Shown here: positions 47,394 to 59,800 of the stretch, in pieces
Layout: every line of letters begins with the position of its first letter
How positions within the stretch are numbered: position 1 is the stretch's first letter
Assembly (NCBI GenBank): GCA_017654855.1
Contig: CM030335.1
Location: 2,604,001-2,668,000, forward strand
Reading direction: 5' to 3'
DNA from: Podospora anserina
Taxonomy: Eukaryota
DNA: 64,000 bases
Notes under the pieces: model-generated
The model's database searches: none
What the model saw: only the letters and a program-made list of their open reading frames with translations
What the model was told of the DNA's origin: nothing
Made by a program: the position numbers and the translations under genes

Positions 47394-49118
47394 ATGGCTG
47401 TCGCTCTTAGCTCCCAGGTCCTGGAGTCGCTGCTAACCCCGGGGCGCCTGGTTCTTCTTTCCGTCCTGTTTGTGGTGATCTCATTCATCGTCGACATTTC
47501 CCGGTTACCCAGCTGTCCAGACTCTCTCCCTCGCGTGGGATTTGGTCGAGGCCTGGTCGCGTCTGTCAAGAACTGGGTGTATTATGTTTCGCGCTATAAT
47601 GATTGGATTGCCGATGGTTATGAGAAGGTGCGCACCCTACTCTTATCCCTACCGCGAGGCGTCTGCGTGGCGTCCTACTGACATAGACGTGCGGTAGTAC
47701 AACAAGAAGGGTCGTGCCTTTGTTGCTCCTAATTCCCCGAGCCGCCCTCTAGAGATTGTGGTTCCCAAGTCCCAAACAGCGTGGATGCTCGAACAGCCAG
47801 ACCGAGTGCTCTCTACAAAAGAAGCCCATCGCGACTCTCTATTTAACGACTACCAGTTTGGAGTTGACGATCAGTTTCCGATTCGCACGATACACAAGCA
47901 CCTTGCCCGCAATATTGTCAATTTGCTACCTGGAATCCAGAAAGAGGTTCATGCCTCCATCGACGATGTCTATGGGACAGATACAGAGAACTGGAGGACG
48001 CTGAATATCTGGAATTCTTTGATTGGCATCGTCTCCAGAGTTACAAACCGAATGCTGGTCGGCGATCCGCTTTGCCATAATGAAGAGTTCCTCAAGAACC
48101 AGGTGGCCTTCGCTGACGCTATCGTTCGCAATGGCTTGATCATGAACTTTTTCCCGAAGGTGTTCCACCCCATTGTCGGCCCTCTTGTCACCATTACAAA
48201 CCGCCGAGCATGGCGCAAGACCTACGAAATCGGGAAGCCTGTCATAGAGCAACGTCTCCGGGACATGGGACGCATAGACTCTGGCGCTGACGTGCAAGTG
48301 CCAGAAGATATGCTCACCTGGCTCATCCGACAGGCCAAAGCCGAAGGCGCAGCAGAAGAACTCAGCCCGGTCATGCTCTCCAAGCGCCTGCTACCCGTCG
48401 AGTTTGCCGCTATCCATACAACGGTGCTAACAGCTTCGAATGTTCTTCTCGACCTCGCATCATCAGACCCATCTCTGGGCTACATCGACGCCATTCGCAA
48501 AGAGACCTCCCAGGCCTTGAGGGAAGGAAATGGTCACTGGACGAAGGACAGCCTAGCAAATCTCCATCTTACAGACAGCGCCATCAAGGAAAGCATGCGC
48601 GTTAGTTATTTCGCCAGGTGCTTGACCCACAGGAAGGTGATTGCACCTGAAGGAGTGACGAATCCAACAGAGGGATGGCACGCGCCCGAGGGGTCATTTC
48701 TCACCCTGGACCTTGCTGGAGTACATCTTGATCCAGAAGCGTTTCCTGAGCCCGAGAAGTATGATGCCTTCCGGTTTGTGAAGTTGAGAGAGCAGCTCGA
48801 TCCGAAGAATCCCGAGGAGGCAATGAAGATCAAGAGACTGGGGATGGTAACTACGAGCCCGGAACACTTGACCTTTAGCCATGGGAGGCACGCATGGTAT
48901 GCTTTCTATCCTGTGGCAATTATGTATCGGCATGCACTAACATTCAGAATAGCCCTGGGAGGTTCTTTGTCGCGCATGAGTTGAAGATGATCCTGGCGTA
49001 TTTACTAAATAATTACGACATCAAGCATATAGAGAAGAGGCCGCAGAACGACTGGGTGGGCGCCACTGTTATTCCGCCAATGGCAGCCACGTTAGAGGTC
49101 AAGAGGAGGAAGATTTGA
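47394..49118 (+). CDS. Cytochrome P450 (ent-kaurene-oxidase-like fungal group), 3 exons: 47394-47627, 47698-48896, 48953-49118
   Basis: N-terminal TM anchor, I-helix FAAIHTT, K-helix ESMR, PEKYDAFRF, and heme motif FSHGRHA C|PGRFF restored across intron 48897-48952. Confidence 0.93.
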
Positions 49119-49689
49119 TTGCGGCTTCTACATTGGGTACTTGGAGGTTATCTTTGGGTATATACAGGACGACTTTCACGACTTTCACTTTTCAGGATGA
49201 GCGCGGCGTTGGGTTGGATATCTAGATTGATTTAGGATATTCAGGGATGAGGTTTTCCGCAACGACCGATATTTATTATGATACAAGCTTTACAGCATCA
49301 GAACCAACGACCTGAACTACAGCAACAAGATCAATATATATATATATATATACAATTTCACCCTTGGTATGATGCTGTTTGGGGAGTTTCGGCACCGTGG
49401 CGGTGATGCACAAGGGAACGGAGAGAGTGGAGGGCAATGAGGCGGAACAGTATATTGTAAGGTACAAGGCCACATACCGTCTCCCGTTGTTGTCTAGAGC
49501 ATCGCCGAAATCGAGGGTCCTTTCTGTCTGGTTTTTTGACCATGCACCCTTATTCATTCCCTTTAGAGCTCAGGACGGGACATCTTTCACAACACCGCAA
49601 GTCAATAGCCAAACAGGGCCCCCATGCCTCCAGATTATCTTGGGAGTCAAAGGACTAAATAATCCTCCTGCACCCCAAGGTCAAAGGAG

Positions 49690-49771
49690 ATACTTGATGG
49701 ATCTTCCGCCCGAATTACGTGAAATGATTTTTGACTTGCTGATCAGTCTTGAAAGGCTACAGAAAGCCTAA
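49690..49771 (+). pseudogene. Isolated F-box-like motif, probable gene relic
   Basis: YLMDLPPELREMIFDLL matches the F-box consensus L.DLP.EL...IF..L, but the ORF stops 8 codons later. Confidence 0.4.
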
Positions 49772-50349
49772 AAGACTGCAACAAGTTCAAAATGTCTACA
49801 GCAAGTTGAAAGACCACAACAGCCTTAAAACCTCACCAAACTGCAGCATATCAAAAAAAGAAGAAGCACAACTTCAATTCAAAACACCCAACCTACTAGA
49901 TCACTGATCATATCCCTTGGTTGACCCAGTTTCTCTCTCTTACTCTCTCATCAAAGTTCAAATGAATGGCAGTAGCATCAATGCTACCCAGAGCCCCAAA
50001 CCTTCCGTCAAATTCTAGGTACCTTGTAACACAACAACAATAACAACCATCACCCTCCAAACTAAGTAATCTGCTCGCACCCTCATCTCTTCCTATTTCC
50101 TTGCCCGCCCCCAACGGCAAATAGAAAAAAAGAATGAGTAACAGCAACTACCCTTCCACACCCACCACCACCACCACCACCAGGGTGACAGCCTGCGTAA
50201 CCACACCTTCTTTCTCAGTCTGTGATACCAAGCCCTCCCCTCCCCGCAAAAAAAAAAGAAAAAAGAACAAAAAACTTCCAGACCGACCCGGTAACACAAC
50301 ATTCTCGCCTCATCCCACTCATCATTGAAGCCCAACACCACCACCATCG

Positions 50350-52655
50350 TCACTTCCACCGCACCACACCTCGCCTCAAACTTCTGGTCTCATTCACCCC
50401 CAAATCCTGCCTCACCTCCACAGGCCACCTCGTCACCTTCCCATTAAACACCGGAAAACTCGACAAATTCGTCCGCGGCGCATACTCCATGTCCAACACC
50501 ACAACCCCCAAACTAGGCACATTCCCCACCGAAACCTCCTCCCCATTCGCCTATTCCCCCCATCATCATCAGTTAGCATCTTTCTCTTCTTCCCTCACAA
50601 GTCTCAAAAAGTATAGGGTAGTTACTCACCCCCTTAATCCCAACTCCCACCTCCCTCTTCAAATACCCAACCACACTCTCCCTGTCCAAATCCTTCAAAG
50701 TCCCATTCCCAACCCTAATGTCCTGCACCGGTACGCTCTCCCTCGCCACCCCCTCACACGGCATCCCCAGCAGCGTCATCCGTCCAATGCTCTCCCCCCT
50801 GATAAACAAACTCACCGTCGCCGGCAACCTCCCCGCCAGCTCCCCCCTCTCCACGCTCATCTCCACCACCCAATAATCCCTCGTCGTCCCCTTGCCCATC
50901 CGGTTCAACGGTCCCGTCTCCAGCGTCGTCGCCCCGTCATCCCCAACCATGTCCCCGTAAAGCGCATTCACCTTTGCCCTGACCTGCTCCGCCCTCGCCT
51001 CAGCCGGGAGACTCCAATCGGGCAGTTCCGGATACGTGTACCCAAACACGCTGACATTAGCGACAGTGTTGCTCGTGTGGAACTCTAGTAGCGTGCTGTT
51101 GCCATTGGTGGTGGCGGCAGATGGAGCCCGGAAAAAGGGCTTGAGCGGGCTGTCAGCCGTGATCACCGTGTTGGCAGGAGTTCCAAACTGCCCGCCAGAC
51201 AAAGCGCTGCTTGTAAACATCGAGTTGTTGTAGTAAATTGTTTGCCACATGGCCACCAGCCTGTCGACGTTGCAGTGGTGTAGCATACTAGAGACTTGTT
51301 AGCCAACGACAACAAAAGAAAAAGGGAAAAGGGTGTAACACACAACAGCGGCTCAAAGGCCGACCAGTTAATATCGGCCATGGTCCCGTTATTGCACCCT
51401 GCACGAAGATGAATCAAGTTGTGGGCATTCTCAAAGCTCGAGCTGCTCATCCCGTCATAGGTGTTGACCCGAGTAAAGACATCATACTACGACAACTTCC
51501 CCATTAGCCGCCGACCCAACCATGCTCATCAAGCCATCTGAAGCTAGGTGCCTTACCACACTCCCTGTCAAATCCCTCGCCGCCAAAAGTAACCCCTCGT
51601 TAGACTCGTTGGCATCATTTAGCACACCCCCAGATCGAGAACATCGTATTGTCTGCGGGTAGTGTGTCAGGGCGCTATCACCAAATCCCTCTTCAACCTT
51701 TAATCGTTGAAACTTGTAAGTGTATAGCGGGTTCGGTATGACTCTTCGTCCCTCTGGTGCCTGCACCGTCATGTTGAGCCTGGTAGCTGCTACAGGCAAC
51801 GCTGGATTCATCGCCCAGTCCCAGTATGGCTGCCGCAACGACTCTGCCGCTGCCATGTACTCGGGAAGCAGATCTGGGGGGTATCTAGACGCGATGTCAA
51901 CCGCGCGAGCCACCAATATTTGCTACCGAGAGAAAACATGTGAGTTTCGTGGGGGTCAAGGAATCAAGCAGGGCAAATGCAATGCCACCAACGTACCTCA
52001 AACAGAGCTACATATGGCCTATGCCAAGTTTGAAAAAGAAGTTCCTTGTATGTCACAGATCAGCAAACCACTCTCAGTACCCCCCACAATCCTAAACCGA
52101 AAGCCTCGTTGGGCATACATACACCATGAGGACAAAACCCCCTATTAGAAGGCGCCCCATCTACATGCCCTACTCCGTTCCACGCACTGTGGGGATAACC
52201 ATGAATACCTGGGCAAAAGCCGTCAGCAAGCTATTGCCGAATTTGGGAGGTTGTGATGCCGAGACGGTGTCATGTATTACCCACCTGCTACCGCGAAGTA
52301 CGATAACTCGTTCGTCTCGTTGAGCGCCTGTAATTCTGATAGGGCCAGAATGTAGAGATGCCTACACATTGACAAATCAGATCCTCAGACTCCCGGCTGT
52401 CAAAATTTCTGTGTCATGGTAATACCATTGTGCCCCTCCCTTTGCCCATAGACCATTGATATTGAGTCTGGCTGGAGGTTTCCCTGTAACCTTGTCAATG
52501 CCCGTCCTGACGCCGATCACAGGAATAGGGGTCGCGGAGGCTAGCGCAGGTGACGATGAGGGTGATGATGGGGGCGAGGACGCGGGGGTTGTCGACTGAG
52601 CCACAGCCCATGGGAGGGCCACGGCCACCATGCAGAGTGAAGCGGTCCTCCGCAT
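50350..52655 (-). CDS. Secreted tyrosinase (type-3 copper protein) with a C-terminal domain, about 8 exons
   Basis: Signal peptide from the ATG at 52655. CuA region GIHG.P...GFCPHG|ELLFQTWHRPY, PYWDW, CuB region FENAHNLIH...AFEPLF|MLHHCNVDRL, FGYTY. The last exon ANGEEV...RWK stops at 50350. Confidence 0.9.
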
Positions 52656-55600
52656 TGCTTCCAAGAGAGATACAACCACACCGATGACTCAGTCAGGCAT
52701 GAAAATACTGCAAAAGGGAGTGAAAAGAGAAGAAGGCGGGGAGTCGGCAACTATACCGCCAAGCCCTTTCAGGAGAGAAAGCGGGTTGCCTCTTCTGCTT
52801 TATCATAGTGGCGAAGAACCCGCCCTCCTGGACGACGCCAGTTCTTGTCGGGTCCGCTTCTGCAGGGAAAACTGTAACAATATCACCAACTTTGTGGTCT
52901 TGGGCACAGGACCTTCTCGCTGAATCATACATGCCATACGGATGAGTGACTCTTCCGGTGTCCGAACTTCAGGTGGGTAGCCACGAGCAGCAGTAGTAGG
53001 GGATGTCCGATAGAGGGAAGCATGTCTGAGAATAGAAAGGCTGTGTCGATGTTTCGCCGCTGTCGTCTCTGTTTGTTGTTGTTTATGGGGTGTGTAGTGT
53101 AACCAGGCCCCGGGAGGACGGGCGTCTGCGTCCCGCGGCAATGGGGTTTTCGTAGAGGATAATTGATCCAGAGGCTGCAGGCCTCTCGTATCGCTTTCTA
53201 TGTCTTGTGCGCTTCAAAAAGAACAAGCACGGCGCTGTCATCACACTCCTTCTGCTGGTTGCCGACAGGATAAGGCCACGGCTGACCCACGAGGGCACAA
53301 CACGAAAGCAGGCCGACCGTTTCTCCCGTCGAGGTGGTGTTTGGATAGAAGGCGGGCGGGACCTGCGGCATGGCTACATGGAAGACGGGTTATCACATCC
53401 CATGACTTCCTTGCTCTCCCCCGTCGTGTTTCCGGCGTCTTGGTATCTTGTCGTCGGGCGTCATCTGCCGTGATAGCTCCTTAGGCTGGATGGACCATGC
53501 TGACAGCGTGGGGGTGACGGCGACAAAGTTTGTTTCCTGTGCCAGGCCATAGGTCCGGGCTCGGCCCGTCGTCATTGTACGTCTGTATCGATGGAAAGCC
53601 ACGCCATGATGGGTAAGGGAATGACTAAATTTAAGAACAAGAAAAATAAGAGAAGACACGGGGCCCAACGAAGGCCTTTGCAGATGCCGTGTGCTAGCCC
53701 AACTCCCCGACAATGCCAGGAAAGCGTGAGTGTGGCTTGCTCCTTCCCAAGTTCTTCAACAGTCTAGGCTGAAGCGGAGTCGGGAATGGAAGGAGCACAT
53801 CAGCTCTCTCATCAGCCTCTCATGAGAGTCAGTCACCAACGGCGAAACCCGCTGAGACCGAACAGTCCATCCTCCCCAGTTCGCTACCTATGTCTGAAAT
53901 GTTTTACACAACACCTCGGTCTTCTCTCAGCAACGACACCGCCCATTATGCGAACATAGTGACACAATACTCGCTGTGTGTCTCTGTGGGACCTGTATCT
54001 ACCTCACCTTGGCACTGAACTTTCCTTCCTCATGAAGAACCGAAGTCAAAATCCTAGTTAGCCGCCTTAAACCCAAGGCCAAGAAACAAAAAAAAGGGGC
54101 CCCAAAGTTGCCCCGCCATTTGGTTGTCGTCGACCAGCAGCTCCCCCCCTTCCCCCCATCTGCCCCTCCCTTCCCGCAACGCGGGGAAGTCCTAGCTCTC
54201 CCGCTTTGGCATCCGCGCCTAGCTCGGAGGTTCAATGTCAGGGAAAAAATATACCTACCCTTGTGCCTTTAATTGCCCAATGCACTTGCAAATGTACTGT
54301 GATTTTTGGGCCGAAAACGCGTGGGTTTAGCTGCTTGTGGTGAATGCAACATTCGGAGTGTTGATGCCTGCCGGGGGTGGACAGAGAGGGAGGGGGCTCG
54401 CCTCAAGGTATACAGATACGTGGTCTGTGACACCTGGATATCTCCTGTATCTATCTACCGACCAAGTTAATATGTTGTTGACTTCCGGGACTGGGACAAA
54501 TTCCCCAGATCCTACAAGTTTGCGCAGCACCGAGTAGTCCCAAGGCGTGGTACTTTTGAGGGGGAGCAAGAAGGGTGTTTGTCACCTTTGAACTGGAGTG
54601 ACTTGCCATGCGGGGTCGAGAAAGAGATCGGGCTGCCATACAATTCCCATGTGATTGATATTGAATGAGGGGCTCATGGGCGTGTCCGGTGTCAAAAAGA
54701 CTCCTCTGCTAAGCATGAGTCCATAGCCCTCCCTCGCCGTGTTCGGTGCCGACCATCCGAGTCCAAAACCGACTGCCCACTTTTCATGTCGTGAAGGCGA
54801 GTGATGAGCATGGATGCCGTTGTCCAACCAGGTCGAAAGCAGCGGGACCTGCAGCTTTTTTATCGTGCTGTTATATTGTATCGCCTTGGTATGAGCTGAC
54901 ACTCTCGGTGCAAGATAGATTGCTAATCCCGTGACACGGATCTTGGCGTCTTCCTGCCCACCACATGCTGTGTGATGTGACCAAAGGGCATCCTGTTAAA
55001 AATAAGTTGGCATCAGGAACAACGAGACAACAAGATTTCGAAAGTCGGAATGAGAGGAGTAAGTTGACAGGATTGAAGTTGAGTGGGCAGAGTCCGTCCT
55101 CTTCATGCTGCAGCCCTCATAGTTGGTACAAGGGTAAAAGGGACAATCCAATGAGCGTAAGCAAGAGCAAAGAATGATGGATCAAGAAACAGGTAAAGCA
55201 ATCAATTAACTTTTTGCTGGCTTCCATAACAGACAATACCCAAATCGTGGTGATGAGAAATGAAAAGAAATATGATATCCAAGGAAAAGTTCCCATAAAG
55301 TAAACCCTGCAAAGTGCCCTGCATTTATGACGCCGAGAGATGATGATCTCTATCTTGCCTTTTCCTCAGCTCTTTCCGGTAGCCAATTGTCCCAAGTGAA
55401 TATCTCGCCCCGAAAACGCCAGCTGCCTTGATGTGCCTGCGTATGCCTCTTTATCCCATACCAGGAGGCTTCCTCTGCGCCAACTTCCGTCCCAACAACA
55501 AAAGTATCCAGCAGAGGCAGTAGTAATGGTATATCCCTGTTCATAGCCCCTCAAAATAGCGATAAAAAAGAAACATGCTGTGCTCCGTCTGACAGAAAGA

Positions 55601-55690
55601 GACGGGAGAAACTGCGGGCGCCTTGGCCCGGTTGAACTCGGCGGATGCCCGCATCCCTGACGCTGTGTTGTGTGGGTAGTGCCGTGTACC

Positions 55691-56806
55691 TTACAGCGAC
55701 TTCTCCAACATGACCAGGTCTCTGTATCCCTCTTTCCACTTCTTCTCCTGGGCAGCCGTTGGCTTGGGGAGAGGGCTTCTGGCGTAGCCACCATAGCCTA
55801 GCCAGCTTTGAAGACCGGATTTGACTCCGACGACTCCGCCTTGAATGGCTGTCCAGTCTCCCTGGGCAACGATCTCTTGCATTTCCTGAGCCTCGGCATG
55901 CTTGCCTTGGTTGAAGAGCTCGATCGTGCGGGTGCAGGCCTTGGGAGCGATGTTGGCAAGGCCGGCCAAGATGCCGTGGCCACCAGCCACCAAGGCCTGG
56001 ATGGAAAAGTCGGCAGAACCAGCGAGGACTAGGAACTCCGGGTTCTTGGGGTCATGGGTCTTGGACATCTTCCGGGTGGCCGCAGCCACGCGGTTCAGCT
56101 TGCCAGTGTTGCCACACGTGAGCTTCACGCCCACGATGTTGTGGTGCTCGGCAAGCTGTACGATGATGTCCGAGGAGAGATCAAGCCCACCCACGGCGCC
56201 GGGGAAGTTGTAGATGATGATAGGAATGGGCGAGGCATCTGCCACGGCAGTGAAATACTCGATGATGGTCTCGGATGCCGGAGCAAAGAGGCTGGCATAG
56301 TACGAGGGCGGGAGCACAAGAGCATAATCGCCGCCAGCCTCCCACGCCTCCCGGCAGTACTGGATGGTCTCCCGTGTGCTTTGTGAGCCGCAGCCAACAA
56401 TGATGGGCATGTGGGAGAATCCCGAGTCGTTCAAGGCCTTCCGTGTGGTCGACGTAACCAGCTGTCTCTCGGCGTGTGTGAGATGGACCGCTTCGCCGTT
56501 GGAGCCTTGAGTGGCCAGTCCTGTGACGCCCGCGCGGGCGAGTCGCACTGCATGGCGTGCGATGGTGTCCGTGTCTACATCTTCCGAGCCTTCCTCAAAG
56601 AAGCACATGGTTGGGACATAGACGCCTGGCACAAGTGGTCGGGTCATATGGAGGTCGGATGCTTCCGAGGTTGTGCTGTACGAACTACTGAGGGGCGACT
56701 CGTGGCCTGCCATGAGGGATGAGGACCCGACAGGGCGGAAAGGGATTCTGTTGAAGCCGGCAGTGAAGCTGCCACTGGGCGAGGGTGCGTCATTGTGAGG
56801 AGCCAT
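55691..56806 (-). CDS. DHDPS-family class I aldolase, GaaC/LGA1-like (L-threo-3-deoxy-hexulosonate aldolase or a paralogue)
   Basis: RPLVPGVYVPT, QGSNGEAVHL, LVLPPSYY, IYNFPG, Schiff-base Lys in IVGVKLTCGNTGKL, and GYGGY.RSPL. Intronless 371-aa ORF. Confidence 0.88.
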   Translation of the reverse strand: MAPHNDAPSPSGSFTAGFNRIPFRPVGSSSLMAGHESPLSSSYSTTSEASDLHMTRPLVPGVYVPTMCFFEEGSEDVDTDTIARHAVRLARAGVTGLATQGSNGEAVHLTHAERQLVTSTTRKALNDSGFSHMPIIVGCGSQSTRETIQYCREAWEAGGDYALVLPPSYYASLFAPASETIIEYFTAVADASPIPIIIYNFPGAVGGLDLSSDIIVQLAEHHNIVGVKLTCGNTGKLNRVAAATRKMSKTHDPKNPEFLVLAGSADFSIQALVAGGHGILAGLANIAPKACTRTIELFNQGKHAEAQEMQEIVAQGDWTAIQGGVVGVKSGLQSWLGYGGYARSPLPKPTAAQEKKWKEGYRDLVMLEKSL

Positions 56807-59800
56807 TGTGGGGGCTGTGATATGATGATGGTATGACGGGGTGATATGGTTGTGATGGTGAGCGAGGGTAGAAGAGAAGAGATGAGGGGAAGATCTTGAT
56901 ATGATTGTGTGTAAGGGTTGGTTGGTAGTGGTTGGGTGAAGTCTGGGAGGATGATGGAAAAGGGAAGATGGTGGTTCTTGGGGAGGAGGCTGATATATGT
57001 ATGTAGAGGCTGATCGTAATGGGATCCGCTTGGTGGAGAGCTGGTCAAGGCCAAGAGAGATGAGGCAGGGAATGGGGGCCCAGTGACGGATGGCTCATGG
57101 ATGGGTCGATGTCCAAGGGCGGTGATGATTATGGGCTTTCTTTTTCCTCTGACTGTCGTCTCGGACGCCTGCTGCAGAAAACGCCCAGGATACTAGCTAC
57201 TTGCGAGGGCACCAACCCCGAGGTACTGATCATTGACCAAACCGCGCTGGATGTGAGCAAGCTGAGCCATGAAGTGACTTCGAATTGGCGGGCTATGAAT
57301 TGTAGCGCAAGACCATATGGCACGCCCACTCGGCGTCGTCGACAAGGATGATGGGCTCGTCAATGGTCACTTTTCTTGGCTCGCCCGACCATGTACCTGA
57401 GCACAGTGCGGACTGACGGGCTGCCCCCAGGAGCAAAACCTGGGGTGTTTCTGGAGCCCGGCGGTCCCAGGATCTGGAGAAGCGAATGATTTGCGGGTGT
57501 TGTGTGGGGGTTAGCTTGCCAAACCTGACCGGGTACCACTAGAGTCTCGGCAGGGAAATGGTCAGGGCATGGTCAAGGCGCTAGTCCCAGGCGGGAAATA
57601 CTTCCCTTGGGCCTTGGGATAGACAGACCTCTGGCCGGTATCGATGCGGAGAATTAGTTTCCAGAACATCCATCTGTGTGCCAGTGTATGACAGGCAGTT
57701 ATGCGAAGGAGCCTCTACTGCAGGACTTGATGAAAGAGAAGAGAAAGAGAGAAACCCCTTTTCCTACTTGGACGAGGTGCATCTGCCGGGCAACCACACC
57801 TTTTGTCAGCACCTATGACATCGGGTGGCGCCAGACGCCTTTAAGCCTCGTCCGGTGTCTTTTGTTGCCTCGGGTCCCGAGGGTGAGCAAGCGAGGTCAG
57901 TATGAAGAGCCAAAAGCCAGGTAAGATCCTATCCCAAAGTGCCCTGTCGACGACATTTACACGATGTCTCTAGGCTGATCAGGTGTCCACTGCAAGATCG
58001 ATTCTTGTCCTGCCAACGCGAATTGATTAGTTATGTGGCCGTGTGGTGAAATTCCACGTATGCTGCTTGACAACGAGACCTGCTCCGAGATGTAAATCAT
58101 CCCTTCAATTGAGACCATATTTCAACGGACACCACGGTAGCATTTCACGCGGGGACAGCCGTGTCCTCGTGCACACTCGCTGTGTGGCATTGGCGGCAAC
58201 AGGTTGCAGTGGGGACTTCTCGCTGTCCCAGATAGAGAAGAGGTTCTAGCTGTTGCTAATTGCATCTACTACGTTATGTTGGGAGCACAGCGTCTGCTGC
58301 ATGGGTCAGAAATTCTGCCGAATAGATATCGACTAAGTGTTTCCCAATATCTTTTGCCGCGGTCCCGTTGCCCTTCGAGGTCCTTCATCTACAGTATCGT
58401 GGAGCACCGGGCAAAAGCTTGGTGGTGCGGTTCCTATTGGCTCGTTGACCCAGTAATTGGCCTTGTTGTTGGTGTTACATCATGGGCCGGCCCTTTCGAC
58501 CTCCCCACGGCACTGTACCTACCGGCGTCTGTCGACGACAGCGGCGGTGGTCCAAAGAGGCTCAACCACGGAACTGGTGCACAGCAACTGCCAGGTCCAA
58601 GTTTGCGATGCGCCATTCCCGGATGTGAGCCGCTCGGAAAGCCTGATTGGGAAATGGCGAGACGACGATGCTGGCGAATGTCGACTGGTTAGCAGCATCA
58701 CGGCTGGCAGTCCAGCTCGAGGTCATCAGGACAGCCTTGCAGCAGCAGCAAGGGATGCAACAAGAGGCTAATCATGCGATCTGTCTTTCGAGTGCTCAGC
58801 GATATAAACACCGGTGGCACGCTGGGGTGCAACTGTAGTCCTTTGGCTGAGGAGCAAAGCAATCGACAACTCAGCGGCCCGTCTGCACTGGGAGACCCAT
58901 TCCGTCTGGCCAACCCTTGGACTCGTTGCTGGCGCCAATGAGGCACGGCCAGCCGACGTCCATAGCAAATGGCGGGTGCTGCGTCTGGCTGTTTTTGGAT
59001 CAATTGGGGTGCAACGACGCGCCCATGGAGGGGCAGTGAGGGGTTCTTGGAGGGGCACCTGACACTTTTTCGACAGCGAGGTGGGCCTTCGGTCTGCATT
59101 AGAGCTGTGAGGGCAGGTGGCTGACGTTGCCTTTGGTCTTGCAAGGTCTTGGTTGGTGTCATCCTCAAATAATCGCAATGGATCGTAGTAGGAATAAACG
59201 ACCTGCCGTAAGCGGGGGACAGGAAGAGGACGTATCAGGATATCCACTGTGATGGGATGTTGTCGATGGGGAAGATGTGGGGGAAGTGGTCGGGTGGTTT
59301 TTTTTCGGAAAAGAAGACCCCCAACTCGCCCTCCCGCGCTCTGGGCTGAAACTCCACGTTCCAACAGCTCGGTTCTGGATCTTTGGCACTTTGCAAGGGC
59401 CATCGGTTTGGTGGGGGTCGCTCCGAAATCGCGGCGTGGGAGTCCCGGCGGTTGTCTGTCTGTCCAATTGCTGTCTAGATGTTGGCTAGCACAAACATAC
59501 CTTTTCAATTCGAAACTCGCGGAGCAAATTATTCTATTCCTCCCTTCATCAAGACAACGTACCAGGCCAGTGTGGAAGTCAATATCAGCTTGCACTGTGG
59601 AGGTATTTCATGCAGCCAGACAGGACCCACACACAGCTGGGGTACGAGGGTACGAAGATCGCGTGACTAGGGTTGGATCGGTTTCTAAGCTGAAGCTTTG
59701 CAGAACGGGTTGCCAGGTGGGAGTGTTTGTTCCGCTGAATGTACAATTTGATATCTGAAGATTGAGATATAGGCACAGAAGATCGAGGTACGATTGAGAT

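Noticed and set aside
50222..51088. 288-aa His/Pro-rich plus-strand ORF
   Set aside because: Antisense shadow of the G-rich tyrosinase 3' exons.
47394..56806. Secondary-metabolite gene cluster (P450, tyrosinase, aldolase)
   Set aside because: No backbone synthase, transporter or cluster-specific regulator in the window.
58768..59595. 275-aa minus-strand ORF
   Set aside because: Low-information Arg/Pro-rich composition, no motifs and no codon bias evident. Probably spurious.
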